Positions 1 to 9,866 are shown, numbered from the stretch's first letter. The stretch is DNA of 32,000 bases from Pseudidiomarina andamanensis (GCF_009734345.1 NZ_CP032551.1:1650001-1682000), one strand, 5' to 3'. Numbers and translations: made by a program. The notes: a model not told the origin generated them from the sequence alone.

Positions 1-52
1 AGAACAGCAGTAACAGTCGAAGTGTTAGTGAGTGGTACCAGCGAATTTGCAT
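1..52 (-). CDS. Sensor histidine kinase, N-terminal fragment (continues past the window start)
   Basis: Reverse-strand ATG at 52-50 lies 7 nt after the regulator stop (60-62) and has a GAGG SD. It reads MQIRWYHSLTLRLLLLF, a hydrophobic N-terminus as expected for the membrane kinase of an RR-HK operon. Only 17 codons are visible. Confidence 0.4.
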   Translation of the reverse strand, partial: MQIRWYHSLTLRLLLLF

Positions 53-59
53 GGCGGCC

Positions 60-737
60 TCACGCTAAATGAAGTAAGCGATATCCTCGGCCACGCACGG
101 TTTGAATGCGCTCTGGATTATGGTCAATTTTCTTACGAATATTACTGATGTGTACGTCGAGGCTACGATCAAATGGTGCTAATTGACGACCAAGTGCCGC
201 TACTGATAATTGGTCTTTACTCACCACTTGGCCCTTGCCCTGCACCAGTGCGCGTAGAATATCGAATTCGGTTGGCGTGAGCTCTAATAACTGCTCGTCA
301 CAACGCACTTCGTTTTGCAACGGATTTACATGGAAGCCGGCATATTCGAGTGGCTCTGGACGCACAGACGTGTTTGGCGTACGGCGCAATAATGCTTTGA
401 CGCGCGCAACTAACTCGCGTGGGTTGAACGGTTTTGGCAAATAATCATCAGCGCCGAGCTCAAGACCTTGTACGCGATCTTCATCATCGCCACGTGCAGT
501 TAACATCAGCACCGGGGTGCTGCGCAGCTGCTGGCGTAACCGCTGCAATAATTGGAAGCCATCGATACCTGGCAACATTACATCAAGTAGAATCAAATCA
601 TAAGAACCGCTTAACGCGCGTTGCAAACCAATCTCACCGTCTGGGGCGAGCGTTAGCTGGTAGCCCTCTTTGGTAAGAATTTGTTCTAACATACTGCTTA
701 ATTCTGCGTCATCATCTACAAGTAATAACTTAGTCAT
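60..737 (-). CDS. cpxR: OmpR/PhoB-family response regulator, CpxR-like
   Basis: 225-aa ORF with a receiver domain (LLVDDD, DLILLDVMLPGIDG, TARG) and a winged-helix output domain. LGADDYLPKPFNPRELVARVKALLRR and PFDRSLDVHISNIRKK closely resemble E. coli CpxR as I recall it. Confidence 0.85.
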   Translation of the reverse strand: MTKLLLVDDDAELSSMLEQILTKEGYQLTLAPDGEIGLQRALSGSYDLILLDVMLPGIDGFQLLQRLRQQLRSTPVLMLTARGDDEDRVQGLELGADDYLPKPFNPRELVARVKALLRRTPNTSVRPEPLEYAGFHVNPLQNEVRCDEQLLELTPTEFDILRALVQGKGQVVSKDQLSVAALGRQLAPFDRSLDVHISNIRKKIDHNPERIQTVRGRGYRLLHLA

Positions 738-820
738 GGGGATGTCGTCCTGCGTGTCTGTCTACAGCTTATAATTGGTGTTCTTAATTATGTAAAGATT
801 CCACGCCACTTAATACCGTG

Positions 821-836
821 TTTACGGAACTTTTAC
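821..836 (-). promoter_or_regulatory. CpxR-box-like direct repeat GTAAA-N6-GTAAA upstream of the response regulator
   Basis: The minus-strand reading of 836-821 is GTAAAAGTTCCGTAAA, 84-99 nt upstream of the ATG at 737. The E. coli CpxR consensus is GTAAA-N5-GTAAA, so the spacing here is one nt longer. Confidence 0.3.
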
Positions 837-859
837 TGATAAGAGAAGCACCTACGCTG

Positions 860-2254
860 CTATTTTATTTCGTTGAGTTTGCGGGCAACCGTGTTGCGCC
901 CCCAACCCAGTATCTCAGCGGCTTTTTGTTTGTGCCCCTCTGAGTGTTCTAAGGCAACATCAAGCGCTAAGCGTTCAATAGTTGGAAGCAGGTTATCTAA
1001 GATGTGGATATCTCCTGCTTCGCATCGATTTTTTAATTCAGTGCGTAACAGTGTATACCATTGAGCGGAATTTTCCTGCGGCATTTTGCCACTTTCTGAA
1101 AAAAAATCTTCAGGTAAATCATGTACATCGATAGTTTGACCTGGCGCCATGACGGTCAACCAACGACAGGTGTTTTCTAATTGTCGGACGTTTCCCGGCC
1201 ATGGCGCTTGCTGCAATACTTGTTCGGCTGCGGGGGTTAAGCGTTTTGCTGAACCACCGAGCTCTTGTGCGGCGTTTTGCAAAAAATGTTGCGCCAATTG
1301 CGGAATATCTTCACGTCGTTCAGCCAAGCTTGGCAGTTGCAATCGAATCACATTCAGTCGGTGAAATAGGTCTTCACGAAACGCGCCTTCGCTTACCCGT
1401 TGCTCAAGGTTTTGATGGGTAGCAGCAATAATTCGCACATCCACTTTGACCGGCTGATACCCACCTACGGGATAGAACTGCCCTTCGGCCAATACCCTCA
1501 GTAAGCGCGTTTGTACCGCCAGTGGCATGTCACCAATTTCATCTAGGAATAACGTGCCGCCGTGCGCTTGTTCAAAGCGACCTTGGCGTTTTTGTGTGGC
1601 GCCTGTGAAAGCGCCTTTTTCGTGCCCGAATAATTCTGATTCAATCAGATCTGCGGGAATTGCCGCCATATTTAGGGCAATAAATGGTTTGTTGGCGCGC
1701 GGACTATGTTGATGCAAAGCGCGAGCAACCAACTCTTTACCGCTACCTGAGGCGCCGGTAATGAGCACGGTAACACTTGAGTGCGATAAGCGCCCAATGG
1801 CTCGAAAAACATCTTGCATGGCCGGCGCGTTACCGATGATTTCGCCTACGTCTGTTGTCGAATTTGCTTCATTGTTTTCGTCTTGGAACGCAGTTTCTCG
1901 CGTTAACGCTCGGCTCACGGTATGCACTACTTCATCTAAATCGAACGGCTTAGCGAGGTACTCAAAAGCCCCGCCTTGAAAGGCACTCACGGCAGAGTCA
2001 AGATCAGAGTGGGCTGTCATCACAATCACCGCCACCTGCGGATAGTCGGTCGATAGTTTACGCAGCACCTGTAAGCCATCGTCGCCGGGCATACGAATAT
2101 CAGTTAGCAAAACTTTCGGGGTTGCTTGCTCAAGCGCTTCGTACAAACTTTTTGCATCGGCGAAGCTGGTGGTAGCAATACCAGCACGCGCAAGAGCTCG
2201 CTCGAGTACCCAACGAATGGAGCTATCATCATCTAATATCCATATGTCACTCAC
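860..2254 (-). CDS. glnG: Nitrogen regulation protein NR(I), sigma54-dependent response regulator NtrC
   Basis: 464-aa ORF with a receiver domain ([20 protein letters not shown]), an AAA+ activator core ([22 protein letters not shown]) and a C-terminal HTH. It overlaps the ntrB stop by 8 nt. Confidence 0.95.
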   Translation of the reverse strand: MSDIWILDDDSSIRWVLERALARAGIATTSFADAKSLYEALEQATPKVLLTDIRMPGDDGLQVLRKLSTDYPQVAVIVMTAHSDLDSAVSAFQGGAFEYLAKPFDLDEVVHTVSRALTRETAFQDENNEANSTTDVGEIIGNAPAMQDVFRAIGRLSHSSVTVLITGASGSGKELVARALHQHSPRANKPFIALNMAAIPADLIESELFGHEKGAFTGATQKRQGRFEQAHGGTLFLDEIGDMPLAVQTRLLRVLAEGQFYPVGGYQPVKVDVRIIAATHQNLEQRVSEGAFREDLFHRLNVIRLQLPSLAERREDIPQLAQHFLQNAAQELGGSAKRLTPAAEQVLQQAPWPGNVRQLENTCRWLTVMAPGQTIDVHDLPEDFFSESGKMPQENSAQWYTLLRTELKNRCEAGDIHILDNLLPTIERLALDVALEHSEGHKQKAAEILGWGRNTVARKLNEIK

Positions 2255-3416
2255 GGCGGCTTTCCTTGTAGCTGGTTGATTTCGGTTTGTCAGTTAACGG
2301 CGCGTCGACGCGGGTTTCAATATATGGCAAATACACGCTAAATTCCGTATGGCCCGGCTCAGAACTCACTTCAATTTTACCGGCGTGTTGGTGCACGAGA
2401 TTTTGCGCAATGGATAAGCCCAAGCCAGTACCGCCGGCACGACCACTCACCATCGGGTAAAACAATGTATCACGCAGCGCCGCTGGAATTCCGGGCCCAT
2501 TATCGTGCACCACGACCACAGCACATTGACGATAGCGCGTACCATGAATGGTCTGTTGATGAACAATGCGCGTGCGCACACAAATGGTCGGGTCAGGCGT
2601 ATGACTTTCTTGCAACGCATCACATGCGTTCATGACCAGATTCAGTAGCACTTGTTCGAGTTGCTCAGATGCCATGGTGAGATCTGGTAAACTCGGATCA
2701 TAATCTTTTACCCAGCGCACGTTTTGGCCAGCACCAAGACGAGCAACTTGCACAACATGTTCCAGCAACGCATGAATATTAGCTGGCTCGCGACTTTGAA
2801 TTTGGTTTGAGCCGAGCATACGGTCTACCAAACTCGTTAAACGGTCAGCTTGGCGAATGATTAGATCGGTATATTCGCGTAGCGCCGGATCATCCAGTTC
2901 ACCTGCCAATAGCTGGGCGGCGCCGCGCAAACCACCAAGTGGATTTTTAATTTCATGTGCCAAGCCACGCACCATGCTCTGCGCTGCTTGCAGTTGCTGC
3001 TGCTGGCGAGTCTCTTGGTTGATACGACGAATTTGGTCAATTTGACGTAGCTCAAGCAGAATGGTTAAACGCCCATCGGGCTGTCGTAACGGCTGTGCGA
3101 TAAACTCAATGGTAATGCGCTGACCATCATGCAGTATCAGCGATACATCGCTATCAGAAACCGATTGCTCGTCTTGTAGTGCTTGTTGTACGACCGAGGG
3201 CTCGAGGCTGCTGAAATGAAAAAGACTAAAAAAAGGCTGGTGCTGAAAGCGCCGCAGGCTGCCATCCAAAATAGCTTCTGCAGCAGCGTTCATATAGTCG
3301 ATGTGAAGTTGCTCATCCAGCAAAATAACCGCTGTGAGCAATTGATTTAAATGCGGTTGCACCACGGTGGTGCAATCGCTTATCGGCAATCTATCGCGCT
3401 CAGGCTCCGCCGCCAT
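2247..3416 (-). CDS. glnL: Nitrogen regulation sensor kinase/phosphatase NR(II), NtrB
   Basis: H-box LAHEIKNPLGGLRGAAQLL and ATP-binding boxes (DNGPGIP, GGTGLGLS), colinear with E. coli NtrB. I trimmed the ORF-track start (3443) to the ATG at 3416 (MAAEPE...), which gives an NtrB-like length. The start is uncertain. Confidence 0.9.
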   Translation of the reverse strand: MAAEPERDRLPISDCTTVVQPHLNQLLTAVILLDEQLHIDYMNAAAEAILDGSLRRFQHQPFFSLFHFSSLEPSVVQQALQDEQSVSDSDVSLILHDGQRITIEFIAQPLRQPDGRLTILLELRQIDQIRRINQETRQQQQLQAAQSMVRGLAHEIKNPLGGLRGAAQLLAGELDDPALREYTDLIIRQADRLTSLVDRMLGSNQIQSREPANIHALLEHVVQVARLGAGQNVRWVKDYDPSLPDLTMASEQLEQVLLNLVMNACDALQESHTPDPTICVRTRIVHQQTIHGTRYRQCAVVVVHDNGPGIPAALRDTLFYPMVSGRAGGTGLGLSIAQNLVHQHAGKIEVSSEPGHTEFSVYLPYIETRVDAPLTDKPKSTSYKESRRE

Positions 3417-3993
3417 TTTGACCTGCACCTGAAATCGCCACACGTAGCACGTACACTACCAGCGTATCGGAGCGTGCAACTTGATCACCGTTCGCATTCA
3501 CAATGCGCAGATAAATACGACGTTCACCACGTGCGACGTTCATTAGCGTCGCTTGATTGCTATCTGCACCTGACCACGACAATACACCGTCAACATATAG
3601 CTCGTAGTTGTAACCTTCTGGCAGCTTTTCCGGTTCCGATTGCCAGAACACATCAAACTGACCATTGTTGGCTCGAATTGGTGCTTGGTACTCTGGTGAC
3701 GTAATCGTCACTGAGAATTCCGTTGGCACTTCTTCAACGCCAGTTGATTCTCCAGCCTGCTCGGTTGGAACCTGCGGCTGCTCAGATTGAGCAGCCACGG
3801 TTGGCTTCGCGAACTCGGTCACTGGCGCCGCATCCACCTCAACTTTCTCAGCCCCTTGAATAGGCTGATCGCTGTAGGTGACGGTACCATCTGCATTGCG
3901 TTTTTTATAAACCTGCGCCGTTGTCGGATCAACGTGCAGCGCCAAGCCAATCAAAAACGTTAACAGAATGGCTGCGAGTGCCAGTGGTTTCAT
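3400..3993 (-). CDS. Secreted DUF4124-like protein of unknown function
   Basis: Start trimmed to the ATG at 3993, which has an AAGGAAACA SD and lies 19 nt after the glnA stop. It has a signal peptide (MKPLALAAILLTFLIGLALHV), a VYKKRNADGTVTYSDQP segment typical of DUF4124, a P/E/Q-rich linker and a C-terminal beta-rich domain. Confidence 0.75.
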   Translation of the reverse strand: MKPLALAAILLTFLIGLALHVDPTTAQVYKKRNADGTVTYSDQPIQGAEKVEVDAAPVTEFAKPTVAAQSEQPQVPTEQAGESTGVEEVPTEFSVTITSPEYQAPIRANNGQFDVFWQSEPEKLPEGYNYELYVDGVLSWSGADSNQATLMNVARGERRIYLRIVNANGDQVARSDTLVVYVLRVAISGAGQNGGGA

Positions 3994-4012
3994 CGTTCGC
4001 TGTTTCCTTAAA

Positions 4013-5425
4013 TTAAACGCTGTAGTAAAGGTCAAACTCAATTGGATGCGTGGTCATTTTCAGCTTCATCACTTCGTGGTGACGCAACTTAATGTACGCA
4101 TCAATCATGTCATCAGTAAATACACCGCCCGCAGTTAAGAACTCACGGTCTTTGTCTAACGCTTCTAGCGCCATCTCTAATGAGTGACATACCGTTGGAA
4201 TTTCTTTCGCTTCTTCTGCTGGCAAGTCGTACAAGTCTTTATCCATGGCATCGCCAGGGTGAATCTTGTTTTTGATACCGTCAAGACCAGCCATCAACAA
4301 TGCTGAGAAACACAAGTACGGGTTCGCCGCTGGGTCAGGGAAACGCACTTCAATACGACGCGCTTTCGCACTAGCAACCACAGGAATACGAATTGACGCT
4401 GAACGGTTACGCGCAGAGTACGCCAACATAACTGGTGCTTCATAACCAGGAACCAAACGCTTGTACGAGTTGGTAGTTGGGTTACAGAATGCGTTCAAGG
4501 CACGTGCGTGCTTGATAATACCGCCAATGTAGTAAAGCGCCATTTCGCTTAAGCCACCGTATTGGTCGCCTGCGAACAAGTTCTTGCCGTCTTTGCTAAT
4601 GGACATGTGAACGTGCATACCAGAGCCGTTATCACCAACAATTGGCTTCGGCATGAAGGTTGCGGTCATACCATATGAGTGCGCCACGTTGTGCACCACA
4701 TACTTATAAATTTGAATTTCGTCAGCTTTCTTCACCAAGGTGTTGAAGCGTGTGGCTACTTCGTTCTGACCAGCCGTCGCTACTTCGTGGTGATGCGCTT
4801 CAACGACCAAGCCCATGTCTTCCATCACGGTGCTCATGGTGCTACGAATGTCGTGCGCTGAATCAACTGGTGGTACTGGGAAGTAACCGCCTTTCACACC
4901 CGGACGGTGCGCCAAGTTACCTTCTTTGTATTCTTTACCTGAGTTCCACTTCGCTTCTTCCGCTTCGATTTTGTAGAAGCTACCGCTCATGTCAGTGTGG
5001 AAACGCACATCGTTAAACAAGAAGAACTCTGGCTCTGGACCAAAGAACGCCGTGTCACCAATACCCATGCTTTGCAAATACTCTTCCGCACGACGCGCAA
5101 TTGAACGCGGGTCACGGTCATAACCTTGCATGGTGTCTGGCTCAAGAATGTCGCACACCACGTTCATGGTGACTTCGTCAGTGAACGGGTCAAGTACAAT
5201 TGAGCTGCAATCAGGCATAAGCACCATGTCTGATTCGTTGATGCCTTTCCAGCCACCAATTGACGAACCATCAAACATCTTGCCTTCTTCGAAGAACTCT
5301 TCGTTGATTTGCGAAACCGGGATGGTCACATGCTGCTCTTTACCTTTGGTATCGGTAAAGCGTAAATCCACGAATTTGACATCGTGTTCTTCAATGTAAG
5401 CCATAACGTCTTGTGGTGTTGTCAT
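4013..5425 (-). CDS. glnA: Glutamine synthetase, type I
   Basis: 470-aa ORF colinear with GlnA-I, with the N-terminal beta-grasp, the catalytic domain and the adenylylation loop KDLYDLP. Confidence 0.97.
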   Translation of the reverse strand: MTTPQDVMAYIEEHDVKFVDLRFTDTKGKEQHVTIPVSQINEEFFEEGKMFDGSSIGGWKGINESDMVLMPDCSSIVLDPFTDEVTMNVVCDILEPDTMQGYDRDPRSIARRAEEYLQSMGIGDTAFFGPEPEFFLFNDVRFHTDMSGSFYKIEAEEAKWNSGKEYKEGNLAHRPGVKGGYFPVPPVDSAHDIRSTMSTVMEDMGLVVEAHHHEVATAGQNEVATRFNTLVKKADEIQIYKYVVHNVAHSYGMTATFMPKPIVGDNGSGMHVHMSISKDGKNLFAGDQYGGLSEMALYYIGGIIKHARALNAFCNPTTNSYKRLVPGYEAPVMLAYSARNRSASIRIPVVASAKARRIEVRFPDPAANPYLCFSALLMAGLDGIKNKIHPGDAMDKDLYDLPAEEAKEIPTVCHSLEMALEALDKDREFLTAGGVFTDDMIDAYIKLRHHEVMKLKMTTHPIEFDLYYSV

Positions 5426-5512
5426 GTGATCCTCCGCGATCGTGCATGTCTAGTTTCAGAATTGAGTATAGCAAGCATTGTTCGTTGTGCTTGCACCTTT
5501 GCACCAAATTAA

Positions 5513-5529
5513 AGCAAAAACGATGCCAA
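5513..5529 (-). promoter_or_regulatory. sigma54 (-24/-12) promoter of glnA
   Basis: The minus strand reads TTGGCATCGTTTTTGCT. GG and GC are spaced 12 nt apart as in TGGCAC-N5-TTGCW, about 90 nt upstream of the glnA ATG. Confidence 0.6.
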
Positions 5530-5603
5530 GATTTGAATTGGCTCACTTTTCAATAGGTTACCTTTGACTAGGTACGGTTGTGGTGCTGACTTCTGGCTGA
5601 ATT

Positions 5604-5620
5604 TGCACCATTATAGTGCA
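5604..5620. promoter_or_regulatory. NtrC enhancer site (TGCACCATTATAGTGCA)
   Basis: Matches the NtrC dyad TGCACCA-N3-TGGTGCA with one mismatch. Its centre lies about 110 nt upstream of the inferred sigma54 start site. Confidence 0.6.
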
Positions 5621-5626
5621 AATTGA

Positions 5627-5643
5627 TGCACCACGGAAGTGCA
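5627..5643. promoter_or_regulatory. NtrC enhancer site (TGCACCACGGAAGTGCA)
   Basis: Second NtrC-type dyad, with a perfect left half and a 5/7 right half, 23 bp centre-to-centre from the first. The position resembles the paired glnAp2 enhancer sites of E. coli. Confidence 0.55.
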
Positions 5644-5656
5644 AGAAATTGGAAAG

Positions 5657-5793
5657 CGTTGTTCGTTATTGGTTATTCGTTATTCGAAAGAGCGAAGAGC
5701 GAAAGAAGAACTGCGTGGTTCGTGCTTCGTGCGCTACGCTGTTTGTTTAGGCTTTCGCTTTTCCGAATAACGAATAACGATTAACGATTAACG
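5657..5793. repeat. Long imperfect inverted repeat built from short tandem units; probable RND-operon terminator or insulator
   Basis: The left arm is CGTTGTTCGTTATTGGTTATTCGTTATTCGAAAGAGCGAAGAGCGAAAG (5657-5705). The right arm is GCTTTCGCTTTTCCGAATAACGAATAACGATTAACGATTAACG (5751-5793), whose reverse complement aligns with the left arm. The right arm ends on the RND stop codon. Confidence 0.6.
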
Positions 5794-8700
5794 CTCTCGA
5801 GCAGTCCGGCGCCGCAGGAGCGACGCGTATAGGAGCGGAATGACTATCAGCGTTAACGCTGTCGAGACCGCAATACCAAAGATCAGGCTGACGGCCAGCC
5901 CGTTAAAGATGGGGTCATCGAGGATGAAGAATGCGCCCATCATGGCGGCGATTGCGGTCAGGGTGATTGGTTTGGCGCGCACGACGGCGGCTTCTATCAC
6001 GGCGGTGTTGAGATCTTTGCCGGCGGCGACTTCTTCACGAATGAAGTCAACGAGCAAGATGGAGTTCCGCACAATGATGCCAGCCAGCGCAATCATGCCG
6101 ATCATGGAGGTAGCGGTGAATTGCGCACCTAAGAGGGCATGGCCTGGCATAATACCAATCAGTGTGAGTGGTATTGGCGCCATAATGACTAGCGGAGTCA
6201 TGTAGCTACCAAAATGACCTACAACAAGCACGTAAATCAGCAACAAACCGACCGCATAAGCGAGGCCCATATCACGGAAGGTTTCGTAGGTGATTTGCCA
6301 TTCGCCGTCCCACTTCAGTGCGGTTTGATCCCAAATGTCGGGTTGTGCGATGTAGGTTTGTGGCAGATCGATGTCACCTGCGGCATCGAAGAGGCCATAC
6401 AGTGGGCTATCGAGTTCGCCAGCCATATCCGCGGTCACATACACAACGGGGCGTAAGTCTTTGTGATACATCGGTTGCGCGTACGGGCGTTGCTCACGGT
6501 TAATGAGCTCAGCAATTGGAATTGCTTCGCCGGTGGTTTGACTGATAACCGTGAGGCTTTCGAGCTGTGCCAGTTGCCCTTGCCAATCGGCAGGGAGACG
6601 TAACTTCACTGGTACTGGTTGCGTTTGGTCAGGAATCGCCAAGTAGGTGACATTCATGCCACCAAGCGCCGTTTGTAGCACTTGCACCACTTGTGCCGCA
6701 GTAACGCCAAGTTGCGCGGCACGTTCACGATTTACTTCCCATACTTCTTCGGTGGCTTCAGCCACAAGCGTGCTGTCGATATCAACCACACCCTCGGTGG
6801 CACGTAACTGTGCGAGCACGTCACGAGCACCCAGTTCGCGTGCTGCGGCCGATGGGCCGTACACTTCGGCGACAATCGGGGCAAGCACTGGCGGACCAGG
6901 CGGCACTTCAACAATTTTCAACGATGCACCAACGGCTTCAGCAATTGGCGTGAGCATGGGTCGAATTGCTAAAGCAATTTCGTGGCTGGCACGGTCGCGC
7001 TCACCAAGTTCCGCGAGGGTGACTTGAATGTCACCCATGTTAGCGGCTTCGCGCAAATAATACTGACGCACAAGCCCATTAAAACCAATAGGCGAAGCGG
7101 TTCCGGCATAGATTTGAGTGGCAACCACTTCATCCACCTCATCCAGCTTCTGCGCCAATTGCATGAGTGTCGCGTTGGTCTCTTCTAGGCTGCTGCCTTC
7201 TGGCATATCCAGCACCAATTTAATTTCACTTTTATTATCAAACGGCAGCATTTTCATCACCACCGCTTGCACAACCGCAAGGCCCATCATGGCGACGATA
7301 AGAACAATCAACCCAAAGCCCATGAAATAGCGACGTTTCCGATGCGTCAGCAACGGCTGCATGATGCGCTCGAAGAAGTTATGTAGCTTGCTGCTATGTG
7401 CTTCGCCTTCATAGTGTTCGTCTTTGAGTAAGTGACGTGCCAACCACGGCGTGACCGTCAGGGCGATAATCAGCGACAGCAACATACCCAACGATGCGTT
7501 AATTGGGATTGGGCTCATGTACGGGCCCATCAAGCCACTCACAAACGCCATCGGTAGCAGGGCAGCAATAACGGTAAAGGTTGCCAAAATGGTTGGCCCA
7601 CCAACTTCGTCAACTGCGGCCGGAATCGAGGTTTTCAGTGATTTGCCCAAACCTAAATGACGGTGAATATTCTCCACCACCACAATCGCGTCATCAACCA
7701 AAATACCGATGGAGAATATTAATGCGAACAACGACACGCGGTTTAGCGTAAAGCCCCATGCCCACGATGCAAACAAGGTCATCGCCAGTGTAAGCACCAC
7801 GGCACTACCAACCACAACCGCTTCGCGTTTACCAAGCGTGAGTAGCACCAATGCCACCACCGAAATGGTTGCAAAGATGAGCTTTTGAATGAGCTTGGAT
7901 GCTTTATCGTCAGCCGTTTGACCGTAATTTCGCGTGACATCGATGGCGAGTTCTGGCGGCAACCATTGCTGCTTCAACGTATCGAGGCGAGCTAGTACTT
8001 CCTGCGCCACCACCACCGCGTTTTCACCGGCTTTTTTAGTGACGGCAAGCGTCACCGCTGGCTGCGCTTCACCACTCGCTGGACGCGACCACACGTAACG
8101 GGATGGGACCACCGCGCTACCGCTGATTTCAGCCACTTGTTCAAGGCGAACGGGCTTGCCATCTACATTGGCAACGATTAGATTGCGCAAGGTGTTCACG
8201 CTGTCAATAAAGCTACTCGCTTGTACAGGAATTTGCTGACCTTGAGCCAAGCGGTAACCCGCTTGCGCGCTCTGATTCTGGCCTGCCAATGCTTGGCTCA
8301 CCGCGTTAAAGTCTAGCCCGATGCGGCTCAGTGCGGTGTTGTCGAGGGTCACGTTAATCTGCTCTGGCTCAGCACCAATCACCTTCACTTCACGAACACC
8401 GCTAACGTTTTGCAGCGGCTCAACCAAAGTGTCAGCAACCGATTTCAGATCAAGCCCATCGGCGGTAATCGTTAGTCCAAGAATCGGAACATCATCGATG
8501 CCTCGGGCCTTCACCAACGGTTGTGAGAAATTCGGGTGGCGCACTTGCCAACTCGCGAGACTATCAAAAAGTTCGACGAGCGCTTTATCACGCGGTACGC
8601 CAACTTCAAATTGCACCGTCACCAAAGCTTGGCCGGGTTGTGATACGGAGTAAATGTGCTCAATACCCTGCATGCGTGCAAAGTGTTGCTCAAGCGGCGT

Positions 8701-8916
8701 TGCAAGTTGATTTTCAACCTGACTAACAGCAGCCCCAGGAAATGCCACCATGACATCGGCCATGGTTACGTCGATCTGTGGTTCTTCTTCACGCGGCGTT
8801 ATCAACGCCGCCATGATGCCGAGAATCAGGCCAAAAATTGCCAGCAATGGCGTGAGCTGAGAGCGTTCACCCCATGCCGCAAATTTACCTGCGATACCAA
8901 GGGGTTTATTACTCAT
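5788..8916 (-). CDS. RND-family efflux transporter, inner-membrane permease subunit
   Basis: 1042-aa ORF with the AcrB-like layout: an N-terminal TM helix, two large periplasmic loops and 12 predicted TM segments. It overlaps the adaptor gene by 8 nt. Confidence 0.95.
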   Translation of the reverse strand: MSNKPLGIAGKFAAWGERSQLTPLLAIFGLILGIMAALITPREEEPQIDVTMADVMVAFPGAAVSQVENQLATPLEQHFARMQGIEHIYSVSQPGQALVTVQFEVGVPRDKALVELFDSLASWQVRHPNFSQPLVKARGIDDVPILGLTITADGLDLKSVADTLVEPLQNVSGVREVKVIGAEPEQINVTLDNTALSRIGLDFNAVSQALAGQNQSAQAGYRLAQGQQIPVQASSFIDSVNTLRNLIVANVDGKPVRLEQVAEISGSAVVPSRYVWSRPASGEAQPAVTLAVTKKAGENAVVVAQEVLARLDTLKQQWLPPELAIDVTRNYGQTADDKASKLIQKLIFATISVVALVLLTLGKREAVVVGSAVVLTLAMTLFASWAWGFTLNRVSLFALIFSIGILVDDAIVVVENIHRHLGLGKSLKTSIPAAVDEVGGPTILATFTVIAALLPMAFVSGLMGPYMSPIPINASLGMLLSLIIALTVTPWLARHLLKDEHYEGEAHSSKLHNFFERIMQPLLTHRKRRYFMGFGLIVLIVAMMGLAVVQAVVMKMLPFDNKSEIKLVLDMPEGSSLEETNATLMQLAQKLDEVDEVVATQIYAGTASPIGFNGLVRQYYLREAANMGDIQVTLAELGERDRASHEIALAIRPMLTPIAEAVGASLKIVEVPPGPPVLAPIVAEVYGPSAAARELGARDVLAQLRATEGVVDIDSTLVAEATEEVWEVNRERAAQLGVTAAQVVQVLQTALGGMNVTYLAIPDQTQPVPVKLRLPADWQGQLAQLESLTVISQTTGEAIPIAELINREQRPYAQPMYHKDLRPVVYVTADMAGELDSPLYGLFDAAGDIDLPQTYIAQPDIWDQTALKWDGEWQITYETFRDMGLAYAVGLLLIYVLVVGHFGSYMTPLVIMAPIPLTLIGIMPGHALLGAQFTATSMIGMIALAGIIVRNSILLVDFIREEVAAGKDLNTAVIEAAVVRAKPITLTAIAAMMGAFFILDDPIFNGLAVSLIFGIAVSTALTLIVIPLLYASLLRRRTARER

Positions 8917-9856
8917 AGCTGATCACCTCGCCAGCCTTCAGACCACTCACAACTTCCACCAATCCGTCTTCACTTAAGCCCAAACGCACCGCGCGCCAGC
9001 TGTTGTCTTGCATGCGCACCATGGTGAGTTCACCTTGGTTATAGATAGCTGCAGTAGGCACTTGCACACCTTCATGTTCACCAACTTTTACCAACACTGG
9101 CTGCCATTGTCCCGGCATAAAGCTGCTGTCATGCGGCAATATGAGTCGCATGCGTACGGTGCTTGATTGACTGTGTACCGTAGGAAATACCTGTTGTGCG
9201 GTTGGCTCAAGGCCATTTACGCGTGCCCATTGATATGTGGTAGCCGGCTGGGCATAGCGAGCAGGCAGGTCGACATGCAAACGCAGTTCAGTCGGATCAA
9301 AGCCTGACAATAATGGTGTGCCCGGTTGCACTAATTCACCTGGCTCCACCAAGCGTTCGCTGACAATACCGCCATAAGGTGCCTTCACTTCAGTGTAACT
9401 GAGTTGTTCTTCGGCGCGCTCCACCGCTGCTTCTGCGGAACGTAGTTGAGCTTTGGCATTATCGAGGCGAGCTTTGGCGCGGTCCCGCTCGGCGGCTGGC
9501 AACAACTCACGTTCAACCAAGCTGGTTACCCGATCAAACTCTTGTTGTTCGGCAACCAGTGTTGCTTTTGCGGCAGCCACTTGCGCTTGCGCTTGGGTTA
9601 GCATTTGATACTGCTCAACTGAGGTAATTGTCACAAGCGTTGCGCCAGCTGGCACATTGTCACCCACATCGACCACTACTTTTTCAACACGACCAGACAC
9701 TTGCGCTGATACAGTGGCGCTATTGGTTGACTCCACCAAACCTTGCAAGCGCAAGTATTCAGAAATGGTTGTTGGTTGAACTTGATACTCAGCTGCGACA
9801 GCGGACGTCGCGGCACTGGCAACAAAAAGGGCGATTGCCCAAGCACGCAATGACAT
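8909..9856 (-). CDS. RND efflux periplasmic adaptor (membrane fusion protein)
   Basis: Signal peptide MSLRAWAIALFVASAATSAVAAE, an alpha-hairpin coiled coil (AQAQVAAAKATL...AKARLDNAKAQLRSAEAAVERAEEQL), and barrel-sandwich and beta-barrel segments. I moved the start to the second ATG (9856) because AAGGAG sits directly against the first ATG (9862). Confidence 0.88.
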   Translation of the reverse strand: MSLRAWAIALFVASAATSAVAAEYQVQPTTISEYLRLQGLVESTNSATVSAQVSGRVEKVVVDVGDNVPAGATLVTITSVEQYQMLTQAQAQVAAAKATLVAEQQEFDRVTSLVERELLPAAERDRAKARLDNAKAQLRSAEAAVERAEEQLSYTEVKAPYGGIVSERLVEPGELVQPGTPLLSGFDPTELRLHVDLPARYAQPATTYQWARVNGLEPTAQQVFPTVHSQSSTVRMRLILPHDSSFMPGQWQPVLVKVGEHEGVQVPTAAIYNQGELTMVRMQDNSWRAVRLGLSEDGLVEVVSGLKAGEVISYE

Positions 9857-9866
9857 ATTCATCTCC

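Noticed and set aside
3351-3704. 117-aa plus-strand ORF across the ntrB/DUF4124 junction
   Set aside because: It is antisense to two co-oriented genes, with no start context or motifs.
6647-7027. 126-aa plus-strand ORF (and similar ones at 5840-6205 and 8321-8653) inside the RND permease gene
   Set aside because: They are Ala/Ser/Thr/Arg-rich antisense translations typical of GC-rich coding DNA. The opposite strand encodes an uninterrupted RND protein.
5788-9856. Missing outer-membrane factor as evidence that the RND system is defective or unusual
   Set aside because: Many RND pairs lack a linked OMF gene and use an unlinked TolC-type channel. Both genes are intact, so this is not noteworthy on its own.
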